In this document: in pieces, positions 8,401 through 16,571 of the stretch
Position numbering within the stretch: position 1 is the first letter of the stretch
Layout of the letters: every line of letters begins with the position of its first letter
Source of the DNA: Fibrobacterales bacterium
GTDB lineage: Bacteria > Fibrobacterota > Fibrobacteria > Fibrobacterales > JAOPTW01
Length of the DNA: 19,653 nucleotides
Direction of reading: 5' to 3'
Assembly: GCA_051532055.1 (NCBI GenBank)
Contig: JAOPTX010000015.1
Location: forward strand, 218,656-238,308
Program-made: the position numbers and the translations under genes
The notes under the pieces: model-generated
Seen by the model: only the letters and a program-made list of their open reading frames with translations
Told to the model about the DNA's origin: nothing
Database searches by the model: none

Positions 8401-10818
8401 ATGGATTTTAGGTTGATTTTCAAAAAATGACAGCGCCTCTTCGACGGTTAAGTTAAGGACGTCAGCAATGTTCTTTCCTTTGTAATATATTTCAAGAGAG
8501 TTATGATTGTAGCGGGATCCACCACACTCATCACAAGAAACCTTGACGTTCTCTAAAATTTGCATTTCATACTCTTGGATGCCTGAGCCTTCACATACTT
8601 CACATCGCCCACCGGCTACATTAAAGCTAAAGCGGCTTTTGGTATACCCTCTGATTTTTGCCTCAGGGGTTTTTGCAAAAAGCTCCCGAATAAGGTCAAA
8701 CATTTTCGTGTATGTCGCAGGGTTCGACCGAGGAGTTCTCCCAATGGGAGATTGATCAATTTCAACGACTTTGGCGATATGCTCAAGACCGGTTATGCTG
8801 TCGCATTTACCAGGATTTTCTTGGATCGTGTCAAAGTGCAAGCCAATACCTTTTCGCAATACTTCATGGATTAAGGTACTTTTCCCTGATCCCGAAACTC
8901 CTGTGATACAAGTGAGTAGACCCAGAGGAATAGCAACATCAATATTTTGAAGGTTGTTGGCTGCGGCTCCTGTAATTGTGATCCAATCATCTCCAGGGAC
9001 TCTTCGGTATTCTGGAATCTCAATTCTTCGTTTTCCGCTGAGGTATTGCCCCGTAAGGGATTCTTTTGTTTCAACGAGTTTCTTATAATCACCGCTGGCA
9101 AGGATTGTACCGCCTTGTACTCCAGCGCCCGGACCTATATCGAGTATGGTATCAGCAATACGCATTGTTTCTTCATCGTGTTCTACAATGATGAGGGAGT
9201 TACCCTGGTTTTTTAATTGCTTTAACGTTTCGAGTAGTTTAACATTATCTCTTGGGTGGAGTCCAATCGAGGGCTCATCTAGTATATAAAGGACCCCTTG
9301 TAGCCCCGCACCAACTTGGCTTGCAAGTCTGATTCGTTGTGCTTCGCCTCCAGATAATGTAGAAGCACTACGATTTATATTGAGATAACCGAGCCCAACC
9401 TTGTCCAGATATTCTAGCCTTGAACTTATTTCTTTAAAAATTTCGTTGCCTATATGGAGCTCTTTTTCGGAAAGAATAAGGTCTTGAAAGAATCTCATAC
9501 TTTCGTGAATAGTAAGACTACTCAGTCGATCTATTGTTTGGTCGTGAAAAGAAACAGACAGCGCTACAGAATTAAGCCGTTTACCATTGCAGTCAGGGCA
9601 TGTGGCAGAGTGCATGTACTTATGCATAAGTGAGACATGCCATCGATCCCACACCCGTTGAACTACGTCCATTACGCCACGTATGCGACGATGATCGCGG
9701 ATTGTTTTAAAGCCTCGTTTTGATTTCCGGCTGAGAGAAAAAGATATTTCTTCGGTGCTCCCATAGAGGATGATCTTCTTTTGAGCATCAGTAAAGTCTT
9801 TCCAAGGGGTGTCAATAGAGAAGCCATACTCTTTACCTAATATTTCAATCTCTTGTAAACCATATTTTGAAAACATCACATTACCATTTGGGGTGATGAG
9901 TTTTATGGCGCCTTCAGGTATAGCGAGACTCGGATCAGGTATGATCAAGTCGAGGTCAAACGTTCTTTGCACGCCGATGCCGTTGCAGGTTGGACATGCT
10001 CCTTGCGTTGCGTTGAATGAGAAAAGACGTGGTTCAAGTTCTTTTATAGAAATGTGGCATTTGGAGCAAGCCAGTTTAGTGCCTTGAGTTACATGGGTTG
10101 TGTCATCGATAAGAAAACTGATGAGGTTATCGCTAAACTTAAGGGCGGTTTCTATCGCTTCACGAATTCGTGGAAGGGTTTTCTTTTCAATAGTGAGCCG
10201 ATCAATAACAATTTCAATGGTATGCTTTTCATATCGCTTGAGTTGAATCTCTTCATCAAGTCGATGAATGGAACCATCAATGCGGGCTCGAGTAAACCCC
10301 CACTCAACTAATTCTTGAAGTTCTTTTCGGTACTCTCCTTTTCGATCGATAACAATGGGAGAGAGGATCATAATTGGGGAGTCGATATATTCGGCCACGA
10401 GTCCATCAGCGATTTGCTCAACACTCTGTGCAGCGATAACATCACCACATCCAGGGCAGTGTGGTATTCCCAAGCGTGCATACAAAATTCGGTAGTGATC
10501 AAAGAGCTCTGTAATAGTTCCGACTGTTGAACGGGGATTCCTATTAATAGTTTTTTGGTCGATTGATATGGTTGGTGAGATACCCTTGATCGTTTCGACT
10601 TTTGGTGATTTAATGTCTCCGATGTATTGACGTGCATAAGCAGAGAGGGAGTCGAGATATTTCTTTTGACCCTCTTGAAAGATTGTATCAAAAGCAAGTG
10701 AGCTTTTACCTGACCCCGAAACACCAGTCACGACTACAATTGAGTCGCGAGGAATATCGACACTTACTTTTTTTAGATTGTGTTCTTCAGCATTTCTTAC
10801 TATGAGCGTATCGGACAT
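5446..10818 (-). CDS. uvrA: Excinuclease ABC subunit A, double-length (tandem fused) UvrA
   Basis: 1790 aa; four Walker A motifs (GVSGSGKS(S/T)), four LSGGE(A/S)QR signatures, four LDEP Walker B motifs, multiple CxxC zinc sites; two consecutive UvrA modules joined by a Lys-rich linker ([12 protein letters not shown]). Confidence 0.97.
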   Translation of the reverse strand: MSDTLIVRNAEEHNLKKVSVDIPRDSIVVVTGVSGSGKSSLAFDTIFQEGQKKYLDSLSAYARQYIGDIKSPKVETIKGISPTISIDQKTINRNPRSTVGTITELFDHYRILYARLGIPHCPGCGDVIAAQSVEQIADGLVAEYIDSPIMILSPIVIDRKGEYRKELQELVEWGFTRARIDGSIHRLDEEIQLKRYEKHTIEIVIDRLTIEKKTLPRIREAIETALKFSDNLISFLIDDTTHVTQGTKLACSKCHISIKELEPRLFSFNATQGACPTCNGIGVQRTFDLDLIIPDPSLAIPEGAIKLITPNGNVMFSKYGLQEIEILGKEYGFSIDTPWKDFTDAQKKIILYGSTEEISFSLSRKSKRGFKTIRDHRRIRGVMDVVQRVWDRWHVSLMHKYMHSATCPDCNGKRLNSVALSVSFHDQTIDRLSSLTIHESMRFFQDLILSEKELHIGNEIFKEISSRLEYLDKVGLGYLNINRSASTLSGGEAQRIRLASQVGAGLQGVLYILDEPSIGLHPRDNVKLLETLKQLKNQGNSLIIVEHDEETMRIADTILDIGPGAGVQGGTILASGDYKKLVETKESLTGQYLSGKRRIEIPEYRRVPGDDWITITGAAANNLQNIDVAIPLGLLTCITGVSGSGKSTLIHEVLRKGIGLHFDTIQENPGKCDSITGLEHIAKVVEIDQSPIGRTPRSNPATYTKMFDLIRELFAKTPEAKIRGYTKSRFSFNVAGGRCEVCEGSGIQEYEMQILENVKVSCDECGGSRYNHNSLEIYYKGKNIADVLNLTVEEALSFFENQPKIHAILTLLKKVDLGYITLGQSSTTLSGGEAQRIKITSELKRSTQADTLYILDEPTTGLHFEDIKQLMICFQELIDRGNSMIIIEHNTDVIKCADWIIDLGPDGGSGGGTIVATGTPEEVAESIHSYTAPFLKAALNPRYTKPKSHKKSKKSPTTHIEIKGAKKHNLKNIDISIPQHKLTVVTGVSGSGKSSLAFHTLFAEGQRRFVESMSTYARRFVGQMDRGSVDSITGLAPAIAIDQKSANKSPRSTVATITEIYDYFRILYARIGTIGCIHCEKKLEEYSLVDIYKKIQTRDEGSPIAIAAPIKIPGTTKRLLLDYTKNGSGLIQKLIHAGVVKLNVNGTTYSVEEAPDITKECTVYAIIDRVKALPKNRKRIIESLERARELGNNLIALPKEDGTVDLFSTLPGCTDCHYYFEDQVEPKHFSFNSHWGACEFCSGLGTINNKQCPMCEGDRLKVEYLAVTFNNSHITDLSRLTIDECFALFQTYRFTPKEKLIVRQVIQEIENRLTFLRKVGIGYLSLDRKGDTLSGGESQRIRLASQIGSGLEGALYVLDEPTTGLHQKDTQVLIETLNELRDLGNTVVVVEHDTEFMLAADHIIDMGPAAGEYGGEVLVTGSPSSLKRQTKKSLTAAYLHNTKQFENPIDILAPQTDSNLTLKGSTLHNLKGDTLTIPFNKLSAISGVSGSGKSSLVIDCLYTLLENKVNKRRHKVKNLGKLTYKENIDKIVLVDQSPIGSTPRSTPITYTKAFDKIRDLYAALADSKIKGYAKGRFSFNKAEGRCPVCEGRGSIHIEMHFLSDVWEVCDGCKGKRYNSDTLSITFKGKNIADVMEMRVDEAAAFFSNQPSVHAILKTFSEIGLGYLRLGQSATTLSGGESQRLKLAAELSKAGRGHTVFILDEPSTGLHSHDIQQLWNILRALVNKGNTVIVIEHQVDILKNADWIVDLGPEGGGKGGSILFSGTQDSFKKTKALNHTHNALYPQSTTH

Positions 10819-10869
10819 GATTTAAGCACGTTAAAGATATGGACTTAAAGCTATAAATATATTGGAATA

Positions 10870-10883
10870 TGCACAAGTGTGCA
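10870..10883. promoter_or_regulatory. LexA (SOS) box upstream of uvrA
   Basis: Perfect palindrome TGCAC-AAGT-GTGCA 51 bp upstream of the uvrA start and just downstream of a minus-strand TATAAT (10888-10893); matches TGCNC-N4-GTGCA recalled for Fibrobacter LexA; related sites occur upstream of lexA. Confidence 0.85.
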
Positions 10884-10934
10884 CTAGATTATAGTACAGG
10901 CTCCTCTAATAAAGTACAACTTATTTAATGGGAC

Positions 10935-12020
10935 TTAAGAGATCTTTTTGAGAAGGTTATCAATGGCATCATCAAGGAGATTTGATTTTGAATCGAATTG
11001 AGTAGGAGGATAACTTGCTACAATATCGAGGGCATGACGTATATCAAGGTGTTCTTGAGGTTGGCTAAAGTAGTATTGCTCTTCATGGAGCTTTTCGGCT
11101 AGGTATTCTTGTTCAGTTTGTCCTGGAGTAGGTACAATAATAGCTTTTTTTCCGAGTACAGCTAATTCAAGGAGTGTGGTGTAGCCAGAACGAGTCAGAA
11201 TTACTTTTGAACGAAGAATTAATTGCTCTATCTCATGAGAATTCAGGTGAGGATATATGGTTAGTAAACCATCGATTGTTTTTTCACTACCATAATCAGG
11301 TTTGGCAAGAAGTATAGTGGCGCTCATACTGAGCTCTGTTAACTGCTTAAGTACTTCATCTTCAAAAAGAGTTCTTGATGGCTCAGGACCTGATAATATG
11401 ACCAATAGCTCAATATCTTCTGGTGGCATATTCTCTGGTTTTTGAAAACGTGAAAGTAGGCCAATATAGGTACTTTGATTTGGTGGTGTTAGTTTATGGG
11501 CTAGATCACCGCTTAGATTTGGTTTGCCAGGTAGATCGGGGATCCAAACATCAGAAAACTTAGCCATAAAAAGAGAATGGAGAAAAGAGACAAATCGCTC
11601 AAGGAATTTAAGGCCAGGAGGCATCTTGGCCATGATTTGATGGGTTATATAGACTGACGGTATAGATTTATGAAAACAGCCAAAACGATTATCAGAGATA
11701 ATTGCATCAATCGAGTGTTGAGTTACAATTTTTTTAATTTCTGCATTTTCTTTCCAAATAGTTTTAAAAATTTTGGGAAGGATTTTTAAAACCGGGAAAA
11801 ATGCATCACCCGCTGAATAGGTAATGTTATATGAGCTCAACCTATGAATAGGGAGTTCTGGGTACTCTTTTTTTAGGAGATCATATGAACGACCTGCAGA
11901 AGCTAAATGAACATGACACCCTTTGTCAAGGAGGGTGTTAATTATAGGAATACATCGAGTAGCATGACCGAGCCCCCAATCAAGGGGGCAGATCAATATA
12001 CTATTTTTAGCAGTGTTCAA
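10935..12020 (-). CDS. GT-B fold glycosyltransferase (GT28/MurG-like C-terminal domain)
   Basis: N-terminal ICPLDWGLGHATRCIP, IISDNRFG, C-terminal RSGYTTLLEL and VPTPGQTEQEYLA nucleotide-sugar-binding motifs; TTG start 2 bp after the clpC stop. Confidence 0.88.
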   Translation of the reverse strand: MNTAKNSILICPLDWGLGHATRCIPIINTLLDKGCHVHLASAGRSYDLLKKEYPELPIHRLSSYNITYSAGDAFFPVLKILPKIFKTIWKENAEIKKIVTQHSIDAIISDNRFGCFHKSIPSVYITHQIMAKMPPGLKFLERFVSFLHSLFMAKFSDVWIPDLPGKPNLSGDLAHKLTPPNQSTYIGLLSRFQKPENMPPEDIELLVILSGPEPSRTLFEDEVLKQLTELSMSATILLAKPDYGSEKTIDGLLTIYPHLNSHEIEQLILRSKVILTRSGYTTLLELAVLGKKAIIVPTPGQTEQEYLAEKLHEEQYYFSQPQEHLDIRHALDIVASYPPTQFDSKSNLLDDAIDNLLKKIS

Positions 12021-12022
12021 TA

Positions 12023-14527
12023 TTACTCTTCAACTTCGATTTCAGTCTCAGCTTTTTTAGTGCGAGGCTTACGTTTCACTTTAGTTGAAAATGAGAGTTT
12101 ATCGTCTACAACGGTTACTTTGACTGTAGAGCTTGTGGTTACTTCTCCATAGAGCATTTTTTCTGCAAGTTCATCTTCGACAAGTCTCTGAATAGAACGT
12201 CTCAGGGGTCGTGCTCCAAGCATTGCATCATAGTTATCTTCGATAATAAAATGCTTCGCTTTTTTATCTATTTGAATAGTAATGTTTTGCTCATCAAGAC
12301 GCTTCTGTAGGTCACCAATTAATATGTCGACAATCTCGGTTAGATCCTCTTTTTCTAGTGCTCTAAAGACAATTAAGTCATCAATACGATTGATAAACTC
12401 TGGGTTAAATACTTTCTTAACCTCTTCTTGAATACTGTTTTGCATGCGTGCATACTCATTCTCGGCAGTTGATTTTGCAAATCCCATACCGGTTCCTTTT
12501 CTCAGGAATTTAGCACCCACATTTGAGGTCATAATGATAATGGCATTTTTAAAGTTTACTTTTCGGCCATAGTTGTCGGTTAAGTGACCGTCGTCAAGGA
12601 TCTGGAGTAAAATGTTAAAAATGTCTGGATGTGCTTTTTCAATCTCATCAAGAAGAATAATTGAGTATGGTTTTTTACGAACCTTTTCTGAAAGCTGGCC
12701 ACCGTTGTCATCATATCCTACATATCCTGGAGGGGCACCGATAAGACGTGATACAGAAAATTTCTCCATGTATTCAGACATATCGATACGGATGATTGAG
12801 TCCTCTGAACCAAAGAGACATTCTGTAAGTGCTTTTGCAAGTTCAGTTTTACCTACACCTGTAGGTCCAAGGAACATAAAAGAGCCCATTGGTTTCCGTG
12901 AGTTGTGAATGCCGGCTCTTGAACGTTTGACTGCACGAGCAATAGTTTTTACAGCATTTTCTTGAGCAATAACCCGTTTCTGAAGGTCATCCTCAAGCCT
13001 TAATATCTTCTTATTGTTTTCAGCTTCAAGCTGATCAAGAGGGATACCGGTCATTTTGGTAATGACGTTTTGAATATCAATTCCAGTAACTACAATGCCT
13101 TGCTCATCTTTTGACTCTTTCCAGTCAGTTTTAAGTTGTGCAATCTCTTCTTTGAGTTTTTCGCCAGTATCTCTAAGGCTTGCAGCAAGCTCATAATCTT
13201 GATTTGCAACGGATTCAATTTTTTCTTGAGTAATATTTTCGAGCTCAGCTTCTTTTTCGCGAAGTTCTGGTGGTATTGACATGCTGGCAATACGAACTTT
13301 TGCACCGGTTTCATCAAGTACATCAATGGCCTTATCAGGAAGTGCTCTATCACTTATATAACGTTCTGAGAGTTTTACTGCTTTATCAAGAGCTTCATCT
13401 TCATAGGTTACTTTGTGGTGTACTTCATATTTTGGTCTGAGACCTTTGAGGATTTCTATCGCTTCTTCTGTAGATGGTGGGTCGACCATGATCGTTTGAA
13501 AGCGTCTCTCAAGTGCCCCGTCTTTTTCAATATGTTTACGATATTCATCAAGAGTTGTTGCTCCAATACACTGAATTTCTCCACGTGAAAGGGCTGGTTT
13601 TAAAATGTTAGATGCATCGAGTGACCCTTCGGATCCACCTGCCCCAACAATTGTGTGAATTTCATCTATAAAAATGATTACATCTGGATTCTTTTGGAGT
13701 TCAAGTATGAGTGCTTTAAGGCGCTCTTCAAATTGACCTCTATACTTAGTGCCCGCAACAATACTTGCCATTTCAAGAGTAATTACTTTCTTGTCTTCGA
13801 GTATTTCAGGAATTTTTTTCTGGATTATATATTGTGCTAGGCCCTCTATGATTGCTGTTTTACCAACACCTGGCTCTCCGATAAGAACAGGATTGTTCTT
13901 TTTACGGCGTGAGAGAATCTGGATCATACGATCGATCTCTTCTGAACGCCCTATAATAGGGTCGAGTTTACTTTTGCGGGCCATCTCTGTAAGGTCTCGA
14001 CCAAAGTGATCGAGAAAAGGTGTTTTTGATTTCTTCTTAGAACTGCCAGCCGCATCTGTTTCACTGGCTTCAGAACTATCACTGGTACCTTGGTTGAGCA
14101 CTTTCTCAATCTCTTCTTTTGTCTTATCGTATTCAATGCCAATGGCTGCTAATGCGTCAGCCGCAGCAGAGTTTTGGTTTTTAATAAGTGAAAGTAAAAG
14201 ATGCTCAGTACCAGTATAGCGGTGACCCATACTTCGAGCTTCTTGCGCAGCAACCTCTAAAATTTGTTTTGCAAGTGGTGTAAATGGAATTATTTGACCT
14301 AATGGCATGATGTCGCCAGGGTCAGATATATTGCGTTCAATTTTTTGAATCAAGTCTGCGGTATCAACCTCTTGGTTCTTGAGTACTGCAACAGCAACTC
14401 CTTCGCCTTCTTTTAATAGGCCAAGGAGAAGATGTTCACTCCCCACGTGCCCACTTCCTAGGCGTGCTGACTCTTCACGAGCGAGCTGTAGTACTTTTTT
14501 TACTCTATCAGTAAACATTCCGTTCAA
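12023..14527 (-). CDS. clpC: ATP-dependent Clp protease ATP-binding subunit ClpC
   Basis: Duplicated Clp-N repeats, AAA1 GEPGVGKT/IDEIH, short UVR-type middle coiled coil (QDYELAASLRD), AAA2 GPTGVGKT/LLDEIEKAH, ClpP-docking MGF loop. Start moved from 14548 to TTG at 14527 because GAGGAGG (14533-14539) lies 5 nt upstream; ATG at 14518 is an alternative. Confidence 0.93.
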   Translation of the reverse strand: MNGMFTDRVKKVLQLAREESARLGSGHVGSEHLLLGLLKEGEGVAVAVLKNQEVDTADLIQKIERNISDPGDIMPLGQIIPFTPLAKQILEVAAQEARSMGHRYTGTEHLLLSLIKNQNSAAADALAAIGIEYDKTKEEIEKVLNQGTSDSSEASETDAAGSSKKKSKTPFLDHFGRDLTEMARKSKLDPIIGRSEEIDRMIQILSRRKKNNPVLIGEPGVGKTAIIEGLAQYIIQKKIPEILEDKKVITLEMASIVAGTKYRGQFEERLKALILELQKNPDVIIFIDEIHTIVGAGGSEGSLDASNILKPALSRGEIQCIGATTLDEYRKHIEKDGALERRFQTIMVDPPSTEEAIEILKGLRPKYEVHHKVTYEDEALDKAVKLSERYISDRALPDKAIDVLDETGAKVRIASMSIPPELREKEAELENITQEKIESVANQDYELAASLRDTGEKLKEEIAQLKTDWKESKDEQGIVVTGIDIQNVITKMTGIPLDQLEAENNKKILRLEDDLQKRVIAQENAVKTIARAVKRSRAGIHNSRKPMGSFMFLGPTGVGKTELAKALTECLFGSEDSIIRIDMSEYMEKFSVSRLIGAPPGYVGYDDNGGQLSEKVRKKPYSIILLDEIEKAHPDIFNILLQILDDGHLTDNYGRKVNFKNAIIIMTSNVGAKFLRKGTGMGFAKSTAENEYARMQNSIQEEVKKVFNPEFINRIDDLIVFRALEKEDLTEIVDILIGDLQKRLDEQNITIQIDKKAKHFIIEDNYDAMLGARPLRRSIQRLVEDELAEKMLYGEVTTSSTVKVTVVDDKLSFSTKVKRKPRTKKAETEIEVEE

Positions 14528-14838
14528 GGGATCCTCCTCAGATTTCAAAACTACAGAAACATCTGTAGATGTAATACGACCGTTTCCGGTTCATTTAAAA
14601 GGTATCGTTAATACTTAGTGAATCAATAATAGTCAGCATTATAAGTTTGCCTGACTTCAAAGAGACTGCTATGGTATCTATTATAACTATTATAAAGAAT
14701 ATAATAAAGCTTAATGGCCCAAAACAGGGAATTTCGCTAATATATGCATATCTGAAAACATCTATCAAAGATGAAAAAAAATATGCACATTTTTGGGTTT
14801 ATTATGTATCATAAACCTACTCATGTGTAGGAGCAACT

Positions 14839-15240
14839 GTGAAGATACTGATCGTTGAAGATGACTTCATCAATATCAAGGTAATAAAACACCTTGCTGA
14901 TAAGTATGGAGACACCGATCTAGCCTTGGATGGAAATGAAGCTGTAGAGACTGTAACCAAAGAGGTTGAGGCAGGCTCTCACTTTGATCTTATTCTTCTC
15001 GATATAATGATGCCTGAAAAAGATGGTATTGCGGCGCTTAAAGAGATTCGTGAACTTGAGCATAAGCATGGTTTGTTTCATGGGTCTGATGGTAAAGGTG
15101 CTAAAATTATAATGGTTACCGCTTCTAACGATCGTAAAAACTTTCTTAATGCTTTTAAAGAGCAATGCGATGGTTATATTCAAAAGCCTGTCACCCCCGA
15201 TAAGTTTGAGGATGCATTAAAAAAAGTTGACCTCATCTAA
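14839..15240 (+). CDS. Single-domain response regulator (CheY-like REC)
   Basis: GTG start with AGGAG RBS; KILIVEDD, LILLDIMMP (phospho-acceptor Asp), IIMVTA and YIQKP all intact; no output domain. Confidence 0.92.
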   Translation: MKILIVEDDFINIKVIKHLADKYGDTDLALDGNEAVETVTKEVEAGSHFDLILLDIMMPEKDGIAALKEIRELEHKHGLFHGSDGKGAKIIMVTASNDRKNFLNAFKEQCDGYIQKPVTPDKFEDALKKVDLI

Positions 15241-15345
15241 TAATCAATTTTAAACGCTGATCTGCTTCGTTATTGATGACTCGACGTACCGTGTGTACGC
15301 CTTCGCCTTAAATGCCTCACATCTCACCATTTAAAATTGATTATT
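15239..15345. repeat. 107-bp palindromic element (MITE/RPE-like) with 16-bp perfect terminal inverted repeats
   Basis: AATAATCAATTTTAAA (15239-15254) and TTTAAAATTGATTATT (15330-15345) are exact reverse complements; central CGTAC-CGTGT-GTACG hairpin (15285-15299) is centred on the same axis (15292). Confidence 0.75.
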
Positions 15346-15363
15346 GGGGTTCGTTTAGAACTC

Positions 15364-15380
15364 GGCACGCTTTGCGTGCC
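15364..15380. other. GC-rich hairpin between convergent response regulator and lexA (terminator-like or REP-like)
   Basis: GGCACGC-TTT-GCGTGCC perfect 7-bp stem; no clear U-tract on either side. Confidence 0.45.
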
Positions 15381-15412
15381 ATTGTACTTGTACTTGAAGC
15401 TCCTTTGTTTCC

Positions 15413-15439
15413 AATGTCTCATATTTCACTATTTAAAAT
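15413..15439 (+). repeat. Degenerate direct copy of the right arm of the 107-bp palindromic element
   Basis: 23/27 identity with 15311-15337; all four differences are C versus T. Confidence 0.7.
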
Positions 15440-15502
15440 GGGAATTATAGTATTGAATAAGGATTTGACGTGCACATTTTGGGTGCCGTTGCTCGGCTGT
15501 TC

Positions 15503-16135
15503 TTATACTTGACGCATGACGCCTATTACTCGGCCGGCTATTCTGAAATCTTTGTCTTGTTCAACTATGATTGGGCGATAGTTGTCATTTGCTGGTTCGA
15601 GCCGTACCTGGCTTTCTTCGGGGTGGAAGTATTTTACCGTGGCGGCATCGTCGACAATTGCAACGACCATTTGACCAGTGTCGGCTGTGCTTTGCTGACG
15701 AGCAAAAATCATATCTCCATTAAGAATTCCGGCATTAATCATTGAATCCCCTTCAACCTTGAGTGCAAAAACATTCTCTTGCTTCATCAGGAAGTCCCGG
15801 TGAACCGTAATAGTTCCTTCTAGGTTTTCAACTGCCATGAGAGGAGCTCCTGCTGCAACGCGACCAAGGATTGGGACGTCGAACATGTTTGCATCTTTTT
15901 CTGCGATGGCATTGGGCATCTCATCAGTGAGGGTAATACCACGAGAGAGTTTTGGTGAACGGGTAATATAGTCTTTTTTAATGAGGGCACTGAGAATACT
16001 CCGTACTCCATTGGTAGAAGATATATTAAAGTGTTGCCCGATCTCTCGAACGGTAGGAGGGAGGTTTGTGTTAGCCATACGTTCTTTAATGTAGTCGTAT
16101 ACCTCTTGTTGTCTCGCTGTAAGTTTCTCTTTCAT
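15503..16135 (-). CDS. lexA: LexA repressor
   Basis: [12 protein letters not shown]...PPTVREIG winged-HTH; VAAGAP cleavage site; GDSM catalytic Ser; ATVK catalytic Lys; 210 aa. Confidence 0.97.
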   Translation of the reverse strand: MKEKLTARQQEVYDYIKERMANTNLPPTVREIGQHFNISSTNGVRSILSALIKKDYITRSPKLSRGITLTDEMPNAIAEKDANMFDVPILGRVAAGAPLMAVENLEGTITVHRDFLMKQENVFALKVEGDSMINAGILNGDMIFARQQSTADTGQMVVAIVDDAATVKYFHPEESQVRLEPANDNYRPIIVEQDKDFRIAGRVIGVMRQV

Positions 16136-16254
16136 AAGAGTGCACCTTTAAATCTATCATGGGTTGTAACTCAAGTTGATTACTGTAAATCGAAGGCTCA
16201 TGAGAGTTTGCCTTTGACTATATGATATCATTTGAGCTATTATATACTATATCT

Positions 16255-16283
16255 AATGTAGTGTACTTATGAGCACTTGTCAA
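16255..16283 (-). promoter_or_regulatory. Sigma70-type lexA promoter
   Basis: Minus strand: TTGACA (16283-16278), 17-nt spacer, TACATT (16260-16255). Confidence 0.7.
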
Positions 16284-16291
16284 TATGTGCA
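16262..16291. promoter_or_regulatory. Tandem LexA boxes (autoregulatory operator)
   Basis: TGTAC-TTAT-GAGCA (16262-16275; reverse complement TGCTC-ATAA-GTACA, one mismatch to TGCNC-N4-GTGCA) sits in the -35/-10 spacer; weaker TGTCA-ATAT-GTGCA (16278-16291) overlaps the -35. TGTGCACTAG is shared with the uvrA upstream region. Confidence 0.75.
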
Positions 16292-16388
16292 CTAGTATTT
16301 GCTAAAAAAAGACTAATAGAGGGAGTAAATCAATTAACTATAGGATTTTTCGCTTGTTTAATAGAACAATGATTGTTAATTTGTAACT

Positions 16389-16571
16389 GTGGAAATATTA
16401 TCTCTTATACTCGGCATAACAGTCCTCATAATACTTGTATTTATATTATCTGTTGTCAGTCGAGTAAATATACTTGTTAAACAAGTTGAGCAAATAATCG
16501 ATATTATTGCAAAGGCTGATAGCCGTATCGATGATCTGGCCAAAGACTCCAATTTACAAAACACAGAGTGA
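16389..16571 (+). CDS. Small single-pass membrane protein (60 aa)
   Basis: GTG ORF with about 21 hydrophobic residues (ILSLILGITVLIILVFILSVV) and an amphipathic, charged tail; N-terminus aligns without gaps to the next protein. No SD sequence seen. Confidence 0.65.
   Translation: MEILSLILGITVLIILVFILSVVSRVNILVKQVEQIIDIIAKADSRIDDLAKDSNLQNTE

Noticed and set aside
14528..14548. clpC start at 14548 as given in the ORF track
   Set aside because: The extra codons contain the SD (GAGGAGG); TTG at 14527 is better placed.
5549..14618. Many 60-118 aa ORFs inside uvrA, the glycosyltransferase gene and clpC
   Set aside because: Overlap long conserved genes in other frames, with no motifs or RBS.
15311..15439. 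CRISPR array from the 27-bp direct repeats
   Set aside because: Only two degenerate copies with a 75-bp gap, and no cas genes in the window.
15312..15745. ORFs 15312-15512 (66 aa) and 15470-15745 (91 aa)
   Set aside because: The first reads through the repeat arms (its MPHISPFK/MSHISLFK echo is the DNA repeat); the second is antisense to lexA. No RBS or protein motifs.
16131..16145. Possible third LexA box at the lexA start codon (GTGCAC)
   Set aside because: Only one half-site matches; the partner half (TTCAT) is too divergent.
16213..16236. CtsR-like heptad (TTTGACT ATA ...)
   Set aside because: The second heptad is absent and the site is not upstream of clpC; better explained as a -35 element.
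16318..16345. yybP-ykoY riboswitch suggested by GGGAGTA
   Set aside because: Downstream conserved elements and helices were not found, and the following gene is not a metal transporter.
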